From NCBI GenBank assembly GCA_963803435.1, contig CAWDML010000008.1, positions 320,001 to 384,000 of the forward strand: a DNA stretch of 64,000 nucleotides, written 5' to 3'. The position numbers were made by a program, and so were the translations under genes. This DNA comes from an uncultured delta proteobacterium. GTDB lineage: Bacteria > Myxococcota > Kuafuiibacteriia > Kuafuiibacteriales > Kuafuiibacteriaceae. Shown here piece after piece: positions 54,867 to 64,000 of the stretch. Under the pieces are notes generated by a model. It saw only the letters and a program-made list of their open reading frames with translations. It ran no database searches and was not told the origin of the DNA. How positions within the stretch are numbered: the stretch's first letter is position 1; the number at the start of each line of letters is the position of its first letter.

Positions 54867-55556
54867 ATGGAGCGGAGCGACGAGCTCGAGCTGATGGATG
54901 ATCTCTCGATCGAGGGCGAGGAGCTCGAGGTGACGCTCGCCGAGATCGAGACCATCAACCGAACGCTCGGCGGCTACGCACCCAGCGTCGAGGGGCTGGC
55001 GTCGCTGGTGCCGCCTTCGATGCGGCGGGTCACCGTGCTCGACGTGGGGACGGGCGGCGCAGACCTGCCGCGGCGCATGGTGGAGTGGGGGCGCGCCCGC
55101 GGCGTCGACGTGCGCGTCAAGGCGATCGATCTCACCGAGACCACCATCGGCCGCGCTCGCCGGCTGTCGCAGTCGTACCCCGAGATCGAGGTCGAGCGGA
55201 TCAACCTCTTCGATCTGGAGGAGAGCGAGCCGTTCGACGTCGTGCACGCCGCGCTGGTGCTCCACCACTTTCCCGGACGCGCCACCGTCGACGCGATCCG
55301 GAAGATGTTCGCGCTGTCCCGGCTGGGCGTGGTGGTGAACGACCTCCACCGACACGTGGTGGCGTGGGCCTCGATCAAGGTCCTGACGCGGATCTTCGCG
55401 CGGAGCCGGCTGGTCCGGAATGACGGGCCGCTCTCGGTGCGACGCGGCTTCATCCGCGACGATCTGATCGCGATCTGCCGCGAGGCGTCGGTCCCGGCAC
55501 CCGAGCTGTCCTGGCGGCCCATGTTTCGCTGGCAGATGTTGATCCGACGCACGTGA
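54867..55556 (+). CDS. SAM-dependent methyltransferase domain protein
   Basis: RS...E.MDD, IN..LGG, LDVGTGGAD, LHHF, NDLHR, DG.LSV.RGF. Confidence 0.88.
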   Translation: MERSDELELMDDLSIEGEELEVTLAEIETINRTLGGYAPSVEGLASLVPPSMRRVTVLDVGTGGADLPRRMVEWGRARGVDVRVKAIDLTETTIGRARRLSQSYPEIEVERINLFDLEESEPFDVVHAALVLHHFPGRATVDAIRKMFALSRLGVVVNDLHRHVVAWASIKVLTRIFARSRLVRNDGPLSVRRGFIRDDLIAICREASVPAPELSWRPMFRWQMLIRRT

Positions 55557-55586
55557 CACGTCCGACCGATCGCGTAGTCTGATCCG

Positions 55587-56846
55587 GTGCGCCCCGTCCT
55601 CGTCCTGGCGATCGTGATGGCCGGTCCCGCTCTCTCTGCCTGCAGGCAGCGTTGCGACGGGAACCTCGAGTGCGGCACCGGCTCGTACTGCTCGGGGCAG
55701 CACCGCTGCGAGATCGACTGCTTCGTGAACGACGACTGCCGGATGCCGATCGAGTGCCGCGCCAACCCGGACAACTGCGCGCCGAAGGGCCTCTACTGCT
55801 CCCAGCACGGCAAGTGCGTCGGTCCGGTGGGAGAGCGGCCGGATCCCGAGACCTACGTGCCCGGCTTCGAGAAGCCGACCGACGGCTGGACCACGCCGGT
55901 GGGCGCGGGCCTGACGTTCGTGATGAACGCGATCCAGGTGGGCGAGCAAGGGGTCGGCTTCGATCTGGACGGAAAGGGCGGTATCGACAACGTCCTCCAC
56001 GCGATCGGCCCTCAGGTGAACAACTCGATCACCCAAGGGATCCGGAGCGGCGATGTGCTGCTGCTGGTCGAGATCGCCGGCCTCGACCTGCCCTACACCG
56101 GCAACGACGACTCGGTGACGCTGAAGCTGTATGGAGGTGTCGACGCCGACAACCCGATCAACAACGCCAACAACCTCGCGGTGCCACCCGGGCAGGAAGG
56201 ACCTTGCTGCCAGTTCAAGGTGGACAGCCGCTGGCTGACGGTCGAGAACGACACGGTCCAGGCGACCGTGCGGGCACCAGCGTTCGTGAAGAACGGCCGC
56301 CTCTACGCGCCGACCAACTTTCCCCACTACAGCTTCGACGTTCAGTTCCTGCTGACCGTCGGGCTGCCGCCGTTCAAGACCATCGTCATCTCGAGCTCGC
56401 AGCTCCAGGTCGATCTCGACAGCGACCTCGGTCAACTGCGGCGTGGGGTGCTGGGCGGCGGGCTGACCGCCAACTCGCTCGCGGCGATCGACAATCCGTT
56501 CTGCGGAACGCGCGGACCGACATGCCCCTCGGGGAACCCGGCGTCCACCCTGCTCGACCTGGTCTCGTATCTCGCGGGTCCGGCGCCGGACGTCGACGTC
56601 GACGCCGACGGCCGAGAGTGCGCGCTCGACACGACCGGTGACCAGATCATCGATCTGTGCTGCGACGGCGCCGGCGCCTCGGTGTGCTCCGCCTCGGATC
56701 GCGTGTGCGCCGATTCACAGATCCCGGACGACCCCGGCGATCCGGGGAGCTGCACCCGATCCGCGCGATTGACCGACGGATACTCGGTCGCGTTCACCTT
56801 CACGGCGGTTCCGGCGCAGATCGTGGGTACGGGTACACGCCGCTAG
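55587..56846 (+). CDS. Cysteine-rich lipoprotein of unknown function
   Basis: Lipobox LSAC; N-terminal Cys knots; GFDLDG..GIDN and PDVDVD.DG possible Ca-binding motifs. Confidence 0.7.
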   Translation: MRPVLVLAIVMAGPALSACRQRCDGNLECGTGSYCSGQHRCEIDCFVNDDCRMPIECRANPDNCAPKGLYCSQHGKCVGPVGERPDPETYVPGFEKPTDGWTTPVGAGLTFVMNAIQVGEQGVGFDLDGKGGIDNVLHAIGPQVNNSITQGIRSGDVLLLVEIAGLDLPYTGNDDSVTLKLYGGVDADNPINNANNLAVPPGQEGPCCQFKVDSRWLTVENDTVQATVRAPAFVKNGRLYAPTNFPHYSFDVQFLLTVGLPPFKTIVISSSQLQVDLDSDLGQLRRGVLGGGLTANSLAAIDNPFCGTRGPTCPSGNPASTLLDLVSYLAGPAPDVDVDADGRECALDTTGDQIIDLCCDGAGASVCSASDRVCADSQIPDDPGDPGSCTRSARLTDGYSVAFTFTAVPAQIVGTGTRR

Positions 56847-56896
56847 CCCGAACAGGGGTTGTGAAACGATCTCGAATGCGCGACGTATAGAGAATC

Positions 56897-57361
56897 ATGG
56901 CAGGGAGGATCCGCTTCATATCCTACATTGGGCTCTTGGCCCTGATCGCCTGCGGCGGCGAGCCGACCACCCAGGGTCGAAAGAGCTGCGTGGATGACGC
57001 CCGGGCCGCCACCTACGCGGCGGGCCTCGAGACTCCCAGCATGGAGGGGATGTTCATGTCCCGCCTGGTCGATGGGACGCCGGCCCCTCCAGACCGAGGC
57101 AACAACACCTGGATGCTCGAGATCCTCGATCCGAGCGGATCTCCCATGTCCGAAGTGACCGACGTCCGCGTCAAGGCTTGGATGCCGGACCACGGACACG
57201 GTACCAATCCGTTGTGGAACCCCGCGACCGAGCAGCCGGACGGCGAGTTCGAGGTCGGCCCGTTCAACCTCTTCATGCCCGGCCTCTGGCAGTTCACGGT
57301 CGAGGTCACGACGCCCACCCAGACCGACACCGCCGTCGTCTCCTTCTGCGTCCAGGGCTGA
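56897..57361 (+). CDS. FixH/YtkA-like lipoprotein
   Basis: Lipobox LIAC; G.N.W, WMPDHGHGT, LFMPGLW. Confidence 0.8.
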   Translation: MAGRIRFISYIGLLALIACGGEPTTQGRKSCVDDARAATYAAGLETPSMEGMFMSRLVDGTPAPPDRGNNTWMLEILDPSGSPMSEVTDVRVKAWMPDHGHGTNPLWNPATEQPDGEFEVGPFNLFMPGLWQFTVEVTTPTQTDTAVVSFCVQG

Positions 57362-58698
57362 TGCGCGCCGCCGCCGCGCTCGCGTGGGCGGCGCTCCTCG
57401 CCGGCTGCAGTGATCAAAAAGATCTCGATCTCCCCGGCCTGATGGATCCGGCCAACTGTCAGACCTGCCATCCCGATCATTATCGCGAGTGGTCGGGCAG
57501 CATGCACGCGTACGCGTCCGACGATCCCATCTTCCGCGCGATGAACGCTCGGGGGCAGCGGGAGAACGGCCTGGGAGACTTCTGCGTCAAGTGCCATGCG
57601 CCGGTCGCGCTCCGCGAGGGCCTGACCACCGACGGCCTCAACCTCGACGACGTCCCCCAGTCGATGAAGGGCGTGACCTGCTTCTTCTGCCACTCGGCCG
57701 AGAAGACCACCGACGATCACAACGCAGCGATCGATCTCGCCGATGATCTGGTGATGCGGGGCGGGCTCGAGGATCCCACGGACAACACCGCCCACAAGGC
57801 GGAGTTCGCGACGCAGTTCGATCGGTTCAACCTCGAGAGCTCGAAGGTCTGCGGCAGCTGCCACGACATCGTGACGCCCAAGGGCGTCGAGCTGGAGCGA
57901 ACGTTCAAGGAGTGGCGCGGCTCGCTGTTCGCGCATGACACGCCCGCGGAGAGGAACACCTGCCCCTCCTGCCACATGCAGGGCCGCGAGGGCGTGGCCG
58001 CCGAGGCCGACGGCGTGCCGCTCCGGCGCGTACACGACCATCGCATGGCGGCGGTGGATCTCGCGCTCACCGACTTCCCTGGGTCGGACGATCAGCGCGA
58101 CCGCGCCCAGTTCAACCTGGACCCGGTGGTGATCCTCCAGATCTGCGTGGTGCGGATCCAGGGCGGGTTGAGCGTGCGCGTGAGCGTCGAGAACTTCGCC
58201 GCCGGCCATGCCTGGCCCAGCGGTGCGGCCCAGGATCGCCGCGCCTGGGTCGAGCTCCGTGCGTTCCTCGGTGACAACGAGGTGTTCTCGACAGGCGTGG
58301 TCCCCGAGGGGACCCCGATGGTGGATGTCGCGGCGCAGGATCCGAACTTCTGGCGGATCGGCGACGAGATCACCGACGCCGACGGCAATCCCGTGCACAT
58401 GTTTTGGGACGCGGAGGGCTACCAGTCGATGCTGCTGCCTGCACCCACCGCGCTCTCCCCGCTCGATCCGCGCTACACCGATCCCCACGTGGTGCGCATC
58501 TTCCAGCTCGACACCGTGGCGGATCGGATCGAGAGCGCGGTCTATCTGCGGCCGGTCGGGCTGGACGTGATCGACGATCTGATCGACAGCGGCGATCTCG
58601 ACCCGAGCTACCGCGACAAGATCAGCACCTACTCGCTGGGCGCGGCACACGTGGTCTGGAAGGCCGAGGAGGGCCGCGACTGCGAGCCGATCCTGTGA
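57361..58698 (+). CDS. Multiheme (5 CxxCH) cytochrome c lipoprotein
   Basis: Lipobox LAGC; CQTCH, CVKCH, CFFCH, CGSCH, CPSCH; W.GSMHA; C-terminal GH..PSG...DRR.W domain. Confidence 0.9.
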   Translation: MRAAAALAWAALLAGCSDQKDLDLPGLMDPANCQTCHPDHYREWSGSMHAYASDDPIFRAMNARGQRENGLGDFCVKCHAPVALREGLTTDGLNLDDVPQSMKGVTCFFCHSAEKTTDDHNAAIDLADDLVMRGGLEDPTDNTAHKAEFATQFDRFNLESSKVCGSCHDIVTPKGVELERTFKEWRGSLFAHDTPAERNTCPSCHMQGREGVAAEADGVPLRRVHDHRMAAVDLALTDFPGSDDQRDRAQFNLDPVVILQICVVRIQGGLSVRVSVENFAAGHAWPSGAAQDRRAWVELRAFLGDNEVFSTGVVPEGTPMVDVAAQDPNFWRIGDEITDADGNPVHMFWDAEGYQSMLLPAPTALSPLDPRYTDPHVVRIFQLDTVADRIESAVYLRPVGLDVIDDLIDSGDLDPSYRDKISTYSLGAAHVVWKAEEGRDCEPIL

Positions 58699-58721
58699 TG
58701 ATCTGGAGAAAGGACGGCGCC

Positions 58722-59381
58722 GTGCGCTCCACGCTGACCTCGCTGGTCTCGCTCTCGCTGCTGCTCGCCTGCGCCGAGAAGCCGGAGAAGGGCGTGGTCG
58801 GCCCCGCGGCGGCGGCGCCTCCGCCGGTGGTGCTGGACGGACCGCTGGATCTCGGCCAGGGCGCCGTGGCCACCGGCGTGAAGATGAAGAACGTCGACGG
58901 ACGGATGATCGCGATCGAGGACGTGGCGGGCCCGAAGGGCACGCTGGTGGTCTTCACCTGCAATCATTGTCCATGGGCCAAGGCGTGGGAGGAGCGGCTG
59001 GTGGCGACGGCCAACGCCTATCTGGATCGGGGCGTCGGCGTCATCGCGATCAACTCCAACGATCCCACCTCCTATGAGGACGACAGCTTCGAGAGCATGA
59101 AGCTGCGCGCGAAGGAGCGGGGCATGCGGTTCCCGTATGTCGTGGACGCCACCTCCGACGTGGCGCGCGCGTACGGCGCCACCAAGACGCCCGAGATCTT
59201 CCTGTTCGACGCGGACCAGAAGCTCGTCTACTACGGGGCGGTCGACGACAACGCCGAGGCGCCTGACCACGTCGAGCAGCACTGGCTCAAGGACGCGCTC
59301 GAAGCCCTGGTGCAGGGCCAGCCGATCCCGGTGGCCTCCAGCAAGGCCATGGGTTGCTCGATCAAGTTCCGGCCGGATTAA
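58722..59381 (+). CDS. Thioredoxin-fold (AhpC/TSA, PRX-like) lipoprotein
   Basis: Lipobox LLAC; FTCNHCP, AINSND, FPY..D, A..TPE.F, Y.G.VDD, GCSIK. Confidence 0.9.
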   Translation: MRSTLTSLVSLSLLLACAEKPEKGVVGPAAAAPPPVVLDGPLDLGQGAVATGVKMKNVDGRMIAIEDVAGPKGTLVVFTCNHCPWAKAWEERLVATANAYLDRGVGVIAINSNDPTSYEDDSFESMKLRAKERGMRFPYVVDATSDVARAYGATKTPEIFLFDADQKLVYYGAVDDNAEAPDHVEQHWLKDALEALVQGQPIPVASSKAMGCSIKFRPD

Positions 59382-59435
59382 AATGAAACATGAGCTTATC
59401 CAGGGGGTTAGGACGCCTTGCCTTTCAGACATGAA

Positions 59436-59454
59436 ATTGAGTATCATTCTCAAT
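59436..59454 (+). promoter_or_regulatory. Fur-family operator (7-1-7 inverted repeat)
   Basis: ATTGAGTATCATTCTCAAT, a near-perfect palindrome in an AT-rich spacer, ending 4 nt before the bfd start codon. Confidence 0.75.
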
Positions 59455-59458
59455 ATCG

Positions 59459-59674
59459 ATGATCGTCTGCGTCTGCAAGCGGGTTTCCGATAAGAAGATC
59501 CTGAACGTCATCCAGGAGGGCGCCGACAGCGTGGAGCAGGTGACCCGGGGCTGTGGCGCAGGCGGAGATTGCGGCGCGTGCCGGCGAATGATCGGCGACC
59601 TGATCGAGACGCATCACCCGGAGGCCCAAGATGGCTTGCGCGCAGCCGAGCGAGCCGATAGACGCGCCGCATGA
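59459..59674 (+). CDS. bfd: Bacterioferritin-associated [2Fe-2S] ferredoxin
   Basis: MIVCVC..VSD..I...CGAG.DCG.C; overlaps the bfr start. Confidence 0.9.
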   Translation: MIVCVCKRVSDKKILNVIQEGADSVEQVTRGCGAGGDCGACRRMIGDLIETHHPEAQDGLRAAERADRRAA

Positions 59675-60141
59675 AGGGCGACCCAGCGATCATCGACCTC
59701 CTCAACGAAGTCCTCACGGGAGAGCTCACCTCGGTCAACCAGTACTGGGTTCACGCCCGGATGTGTCGCAATTGGGGTTACCTCAAGCTCTGGCAAAAAA
59801 TTCGGGCCGAATCGATCGACGAGATGAAGCACGCCGACGAGCTGGTGGAGCGTATCCTCTACCTGGAAGGGATGCCGAACCTGCAGCGCCTCGGCAAGAT
59901 CGTCGTCGGTGAGACGGTGAAGGAGCAGATGACGCTCGACCTCGACCTGGAGAAGGCCGCCCTCACGCGCCTCAACGCAGGCGTCGCCCAGTGCCGGGAC
60001 AAGGGGGACAACGGGACCCGCGCCATGCTGGAGAAGATCCTGGTCTCCGAAGAGGAGCACGTCGACTGGCTCGAGACGCAGCTCGATTCGATCGCGAACT
60101 TGGGCGAGACCGCGTACCTCGCCGAACAAATGCACGAGTGA
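59671..60141 (+). CDS. bfr: Bacterioferritin
   Basis: [45 protein letters not shown]. Confidence 0.96.
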   Translation: MKGDPAIIDLLNEVLTGELTSVNQYWVHARMCRNWGYLKLWQKIRAESIDEMKHADELVERILYLEGMPNLQRLGKIVVGETVKEQMTLDLDLEKAALTRLNAGVAQCRDKGDNGTRAMLEKILVSEEEHVDWLETQLDSIANLGETAYLAEQMHE

Positions 60142-60151
60142 GGCTTCGCCG

Positions 60152-61724
60152 ATGACCTGCCACTCGCGGGCCGCGCTCGGCCTGTGCGCATTGCTCGCGT
60201 CGTGCTCGAGCAATGCCGCCCAGGGCGCCGAAAAGCCCACGCCTTCGACCGGCCGTACGCCCCCGGCCCGGCGCTCACCGCTGGGCATGAACCTCAACTT
60301 CGTCAGCTACAGCACGAGCGGCGTTCCCTTCGCCGACGCCATGAAAGTGGCGATGCCCTGGATCTCCGCGTACGACCGACGTCTGGAACGACGGCCGGCC
60401 GCTGGCGCGCGACGCGTCGGGAGCCCTGGTCAGCCTCCTCGACAAGCAGCACGCGGCCACGCTGGTCCCGTCCGGGAGCGGGGGCCGGTTCTTGGTGCTC
60501 TGGAAGGGGAAGGGCCGGATCGTGGTGGACGATCCGGCGAAGACGCTCGACGAGGGCAAGAATCGGCTCTCGATCGAGGTGCCGCCCCACACCGAGTTCG
60601 TCCTCGACGTCGTCGAGGTGGATCCGAAGGCGCCCGTGCACGACGTCTCGGTGGTCCCGGAGGCGCTGGAGAAGACGTTCGAGAAGGACGTGTTCAACCC
60701 GCACTTCCTGGAGCGACTGGCGCCCTTCTCGGTGATCCGTTTCCTCGAGTGGTCACGCATCAACGGCTCGGGGCTGAAGCGCTGGGAGGATCGGCCGCGT
60801 CCGGAGTGGACGTTCCAGTCCACCGACGCCGGCGTCGCGTACGAGTATCAGATCGATCTCGTGAACCGGCTCGAGAGCGATCTCTGGTTGTGCGTGCCGC
60901 ACCTCGCCGATGACGACTTCGTGAAGAACCTCGCCCAGCTGGTGGAGAAGCGGCTGCGCCCCGCCGGCAAGGTGTACGTGGAGTGGTCGAACGAGGTCTG
61001 GAACGACGCCGGCCCCTTCACGCAGTCGAAGTATGCGCGAGAGCGAGGCCGGGAGCTCAAGCTCGAGCCCGACGACGAGAACGTGGCACGGCTTCGATTC
61101 CAGGCTCGCCGCAGCAAGCAGGTCTTCCAGATCTTCTCCAGCGTGATCAAGAAGCCGGGGCGGCTGGTCCGGGTGGTGGCCAGCCAGAACGGCAACGTGT
61201 TCGCGCACCGGACGCTGCTCGACTTCGAGGGCCTCCGCGAGGTCACGGACGCGCTCGCCGTCGCTCCCTACTTCGGCAACGAGATCGGCGCGGCCGATCG
61301 AGAGGCCTGGCTCAAGCGGAGCTCGCCGGAGGAGATCCTCGACCACCTGGAGAAGAAGAGCCTCCCCGAGGTCGTGGGTTGGATCCAAGACTCGGCGAAG
61401 GTGGCCAAGTCGTACGGGATCGATCTGATCGCCTACGAGGGCGGCCAGCATCTGGTGGCGAGCCCCGACATCCACAACAACCCGGGCGTGAACGAGAAGC
61501 TCGACGCGGTGAACCGGCACCCGCGGATGAAGAAGCTGACGCTCCAGCTCCTCGAGGCCTGGCGTGCGAGCGGCGGGAAGACGTTCGTCTACTACTCGTT
61601 CGCCAGCCCACCCGGAAAGTGGGGCCGCTTCGGCGCGCTCGAGTACCTCGATCAACCGGTCGATCAGGCGAACAAGTATGCGGCGCTCCTCGAGTTCATG
61701 AAGGCCAACCCGACCTGGTGGTGA
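60152..61724 (+). CDS. Secreted glycoside hydrolase-like / cellulose-binding-type lipoprotein (frameshift near 60371)
   Basis: Lipobox LASC, LGMNL...F.D.MK...W; then in the +1 frame F.P.FL..L.PF..IRF..W, W..VPH.ADD, YVEWSNEVWN, AVAPYFG, AYEGGQH, WG.FG.LE. Confidence 0.7.
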
Positions 61725-61803
61725 TGCCCGCGCCGTGCACCTCGGTGTTGGCAGTGCACACGGCTCGACGGCGGTGAGGCTCGGAAAGCCACACGATCGC
61801 GAG

Positions 61804-61819
61804 TGGCGCACGCCTTGTA
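61804..61819 (+). promoter_or_regulatory. Possible sigma54-type promoter
   Basis: TGGCGC-ACGCC-TTGTA has correct spacing but GT instead of GC at -12; it ends 13 nt before ATG 61833. Confidence 0.35.
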
Positions 61820-61832
61820 ACGGGCCTCCTCG

Positions 61833-62357
61833 ATGCGAACGCCCGCAGTGCTGTTGCTCTCGATCACATGCGGATGCTCGGCGGTGAGCATGGAGCTCAT
61901 GCGGCTGCCTGCCGCCGAGATTACGGTGCGGATCGAAGCCCCCCCTGCGCCGGTGCCCGAGCCGATCACGAAGATCGAGATCGACGAGCAGATCCAGTTC
62001 GCGACCTGGAAGGCGGAGATCCTGCCTCCCTCCTTCGGGACGCTCGACGAGGTCGCCGAGACGCTCCAGGCGCACCGCGAGTTGACGCGGATCGAGATCC
62101 AGGGACACACGGCCGAGGCGAACCGGCCGGAGCGCACGCAGCGGCTCTCCGAGGCGCGTGCGGAGGCGGTGCGGAAGTATCTGATCGAGAAGGGTGTGGA
62201 GCCGGAGCGGCTGGTCGCGAAGGGCTATGGAGCCGATCGACCGGTGGCCGACAACGAGACGGCGGACGGACGCAGCCGAAACCGCCGCGTGGAGTTCATC
62301 GTCCTGGAGCGCGAGACCGGCGCGGACCAGATGGCGGCGGCAGGAGGCCGACAATGA
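61833..62357 (+). CDS. OmpA/MotB C-terminal peptidoglycan-binding domain protein
   Basis: I.F, IEIQGHT, LS..RA.AV..YL...GV...RL...GYG..RP, NRRVEF. Confidence 0.9.
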   Translation: MRTPAVLLLSITCGCSAVSMELMRLPAAEITVRIEAPPAPVPEPITKIEIDEQIQFATWKAEILPPSFGTLDEVAETLQAHRELTRIEIQGHTAEANRPERTQRLSEARAEAVRKYLIEKGVEPERLVAKGYGADRPVADNETADGRSRNRRVEFIVLERETGADQMAAAGGRQ

Positions 62358-62725
62358 GTCGTCGGGTAGCGATCGCATCCCTGGTGCTGGCGATCGGGGG
62401 AGCGGCGTGTGCGGGCGGCGGGGTCTCGCAGGCCGTGAAGCAGGATCTGGAGCAGACGGTCGCTGCGGCGCAGGGGCCGATCCAGCTCTGCTACCGTCAG
62501 GCGCTCGAGACGAACGCCGCGGCCGAGGGGGACATCGTCCTCGAGTTCGAGGTCGAGAAGGGGAAGCGGGAGCTCGTCAACGTGAAGGTGGAGACCACCA
62601 CGATCAACGAGCCGAAGCTCGAGCAGTGCGTAGTCCAGGAGACCGCGGAGCTGTCGCTCTCGAAGGCGCCGGAGACCAAGGTGGCGGTCACGTACCCGAT
62701 GCACTTCAAAAAGATCGAAGAGTGA
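62354..62725 (+). CDS. AgmX/PglI C-terminal (TonB-C-like) domain lipoprotein
   Basis: ATG 62354 with GGAGG; lipobox GAAC; I..CY..AL......G.I.L.F...LE.CV...VTYP..F. Confidence 0.75.
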   Translation: MSRRVAIASLVLAIGGAACAGGGVSQAVKQDLEQTVAAAQGPIQLCYRQALETNAAAEGDIVLEFEVEKGKRELVNVKVETTTINEPKLEQCVVQETAELSLSKAPETKVAVTYPMHFKKIEE

Positions 62726-63356
62726 GGTCGGAGAGCCGCGCGCGCAGCGCCCTCATGAACGCCGCGCCGGGATCGATCTTCCGGGTCCGATACGCCGGAT
62801 CGCGCTCGACGAAGTACGGGTGCTTCTCCAGGTGCCGATATTCGTGGTGCCCGATCAGGTGGGTGATCGGGAAGCGCGCGACGAGCGAGCGAACCAGCCG
62901 GGCGTCCGCGGCGAGCTGCGCGTCGGTCAGCGGCGACTTCTCGTTGCCGCCCACGTTCTCGATCCCGATGGCGACGTGGTTGAGCCCGATGCAATGACGA
63001 GCCATCCAGGTCTCGGGCATGAGCCGATAGATCGTGCCGTCGCGATCGACGAGGAAGTGGGCCGACACGTTGACGGCGCCGGCCTTCGCGATCTGCCGCC
63101 GGCCGGCCTCGATGCGCGTCCGATCGAAGTACGCGAAGGAAGCCGCCAGCGTATCGAAGGCCGTGTGGTGGATGACGATGACCTTCGGCGTGATGGTGAT
63201 GTCCCGGGCGGCGGGATCCTGGTGAGCTCTCCGGTAGTCGAGGGTGAGAGCGCGGCGCTCGGCGTCGAAGTGGACGGGGCGGTCGACGATCTCGATCTTC
63301 GCGCCGGCCGGTGGCAGTGCGACGAGCAGGGCGAGCGCTGGCAGCGGAATTGGCAC
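62706..63356 (-). CDS. N-acetylmuramoyl-L-alanine amidase (Amidase_2)
   Basis: IVIHHT, SAHFLVDRDG.I, ARH..G.N..AIGIEN, LIGH.E, K.DPG. Confidence 0.9.
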   Translation of the reverse strand: MPIPLPALALLVALPPAGAKIEIVDRPVHFDAERRALTLDYRRAHQDPAARDITITPKVIVIHHTAFDTLAASFAYFDRTRIEAGRRQIAKAGAVNVSAHFLVDRDGTIYRLMPETWMARHCIGLNHVAIGIENVGGNEKSPLTDAQLAADARLVRSLVARFPITHLIGHHEYRHLEKHPYFVERDPAYRTRKIDPGAAFMRALRARLSDLTLRSF

Positions 63357-63385
63357 GCGAGCTGGGGCATTATCGATCCTGAACG

Positions 63386-64000
63386 ATGAGCTTGGCAGGG
63401 GTCCTGACGATCTTGCTGGCGGCGCCTCCCTGGCCGGTCGCGCCCGAGGCGCGCCCGCTGGCCGAGCGACTGGCGCCTCCCGAGGGGTTCGTTCGCCTCC
63501 CGGTGGAGGAGGGGAGCTTCGGCGGCTGGCTGCGGGCCCTGCCCGTGAAGCCGGGACGCCCCGACGTGCGGTTGTTCGACGGCCGGCGGAAGGGCAACCA
63601 GGAGGCGCAGTGGCTGGTGCTGGACGTCGACGTCGGCTCGCGCGACCTCCAGCAGTGCGCCGATGCCGTCATGCGGCTGTTCGCGGAGTGGCAGTGGGCC
63701 TCCGGCGGGAAGGACCGGATCTGCTTCCGGTTCAGCAGCGGCCATCCGTCGGCGTGGTCGGCCTGGGCGAAGGGCCGCCGGCTGCGCGTGCGCGGGTCGC
63801 GCGTCGAGTCGGTGGAGGGGGCGCGGCCGGACCGGAGCTACCGCGGCTTTCGCAGCTATCTCGAGTCGGTGTTCACGTACGCGGGGACCTTCTCGCTCGC
63901 GCGCGACCTCACCAAGGTCTCAGATCCCTCGCTGATCCTCCCGGGTGACGTGTTCATCCACGGCGGGTTTCCGGGGCACGCGGTCGTGGTGGTCGACGTG
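63386..64000 (+). CDS. DUF4846-like protein, truncated by the window end
   Basis: Manual translation from ATG 63386: APPEGFVR...SFG.WLR.LP.K...K.NQ...DVG.RDLQQCADAVMRL.AE...F.YAGT.SL...PGDVFI.GGFPGHAV.VVDV. Confidence 0.8.
   Translation, partial: MSLAGVLTILLAAPPWPVAPEARPLAERLAPPEGFVRLPVEEGSFGGWLRALPVKPGRPDVRLFDGRRKGNQEAQWLVLDVDVGSRDLQQCADAVMRLFAEWQWASGGKDRICFRFSSGHPSAWSAWAKGRRLRVRGSRVESVEGARPDRSYRGFRSYLESVFTYAGTFSLARDLTKVSDPSLILPGDVFIHGGFPGHAVVVVDV

Noticed and set aside
54867-55556. Secondary-metabolite cluster around the methyltransferases
   Set aside because: No PKS, NRPS, RiPP precursor or flavin monooxygenase partner is adjacent.
394-63948. Many long antisense/alternate-frame ORFs (e.g. 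1265-3478, 9707-12100, 21209-23614, 38399-40270, 45009-46760)
   Set aside because: These are shadow ORFs expected at this GC content: Arg/Gly/Pro-rich or mirror-image composition, overlapping genes with clear motifs.

Overview
High-GC window with the hallmarks of a myxobacterial (Myxococcota-like) chromosome: Cys-rich lipoproteins, four Ser/Thr kinase-family genes, an FHA/sigma54 activator, a PilT paralogue, a PilZ/TPR protein and an AgmX/PglI-type domain. The taxonomy is inferred from gene content. It is densely coding (about 52 genes), mostly housekeeping, signalling and envelope genes (purE, sfsA, htpG, apaH, bfd-bfr with a Fur-like box, acyl-CoA dehydrogenases, a multiheme cytochrome). 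No rRNA, tRNA or CRISPR array was seen. The stand-out structure is an 882-bp cassette at 23953-24834. It has ~70-bp imperfect terminal inverted repeats partly built from a GGTCCC/GGGACC hexamer microsatellite, and CTAG at both ends. It encloses a four-helix-bundle (23S-IVS-protein/Avd-like) gene and an IS1182-type transposase fragment. Removing it restores two convergent genes whose TAG stop codons overlap in a single CTAG. At least four genes carry frameshifts, which may be assembly indels. All product calls are by motif recognition, not database search, and several start codons were re-chosen by eye.
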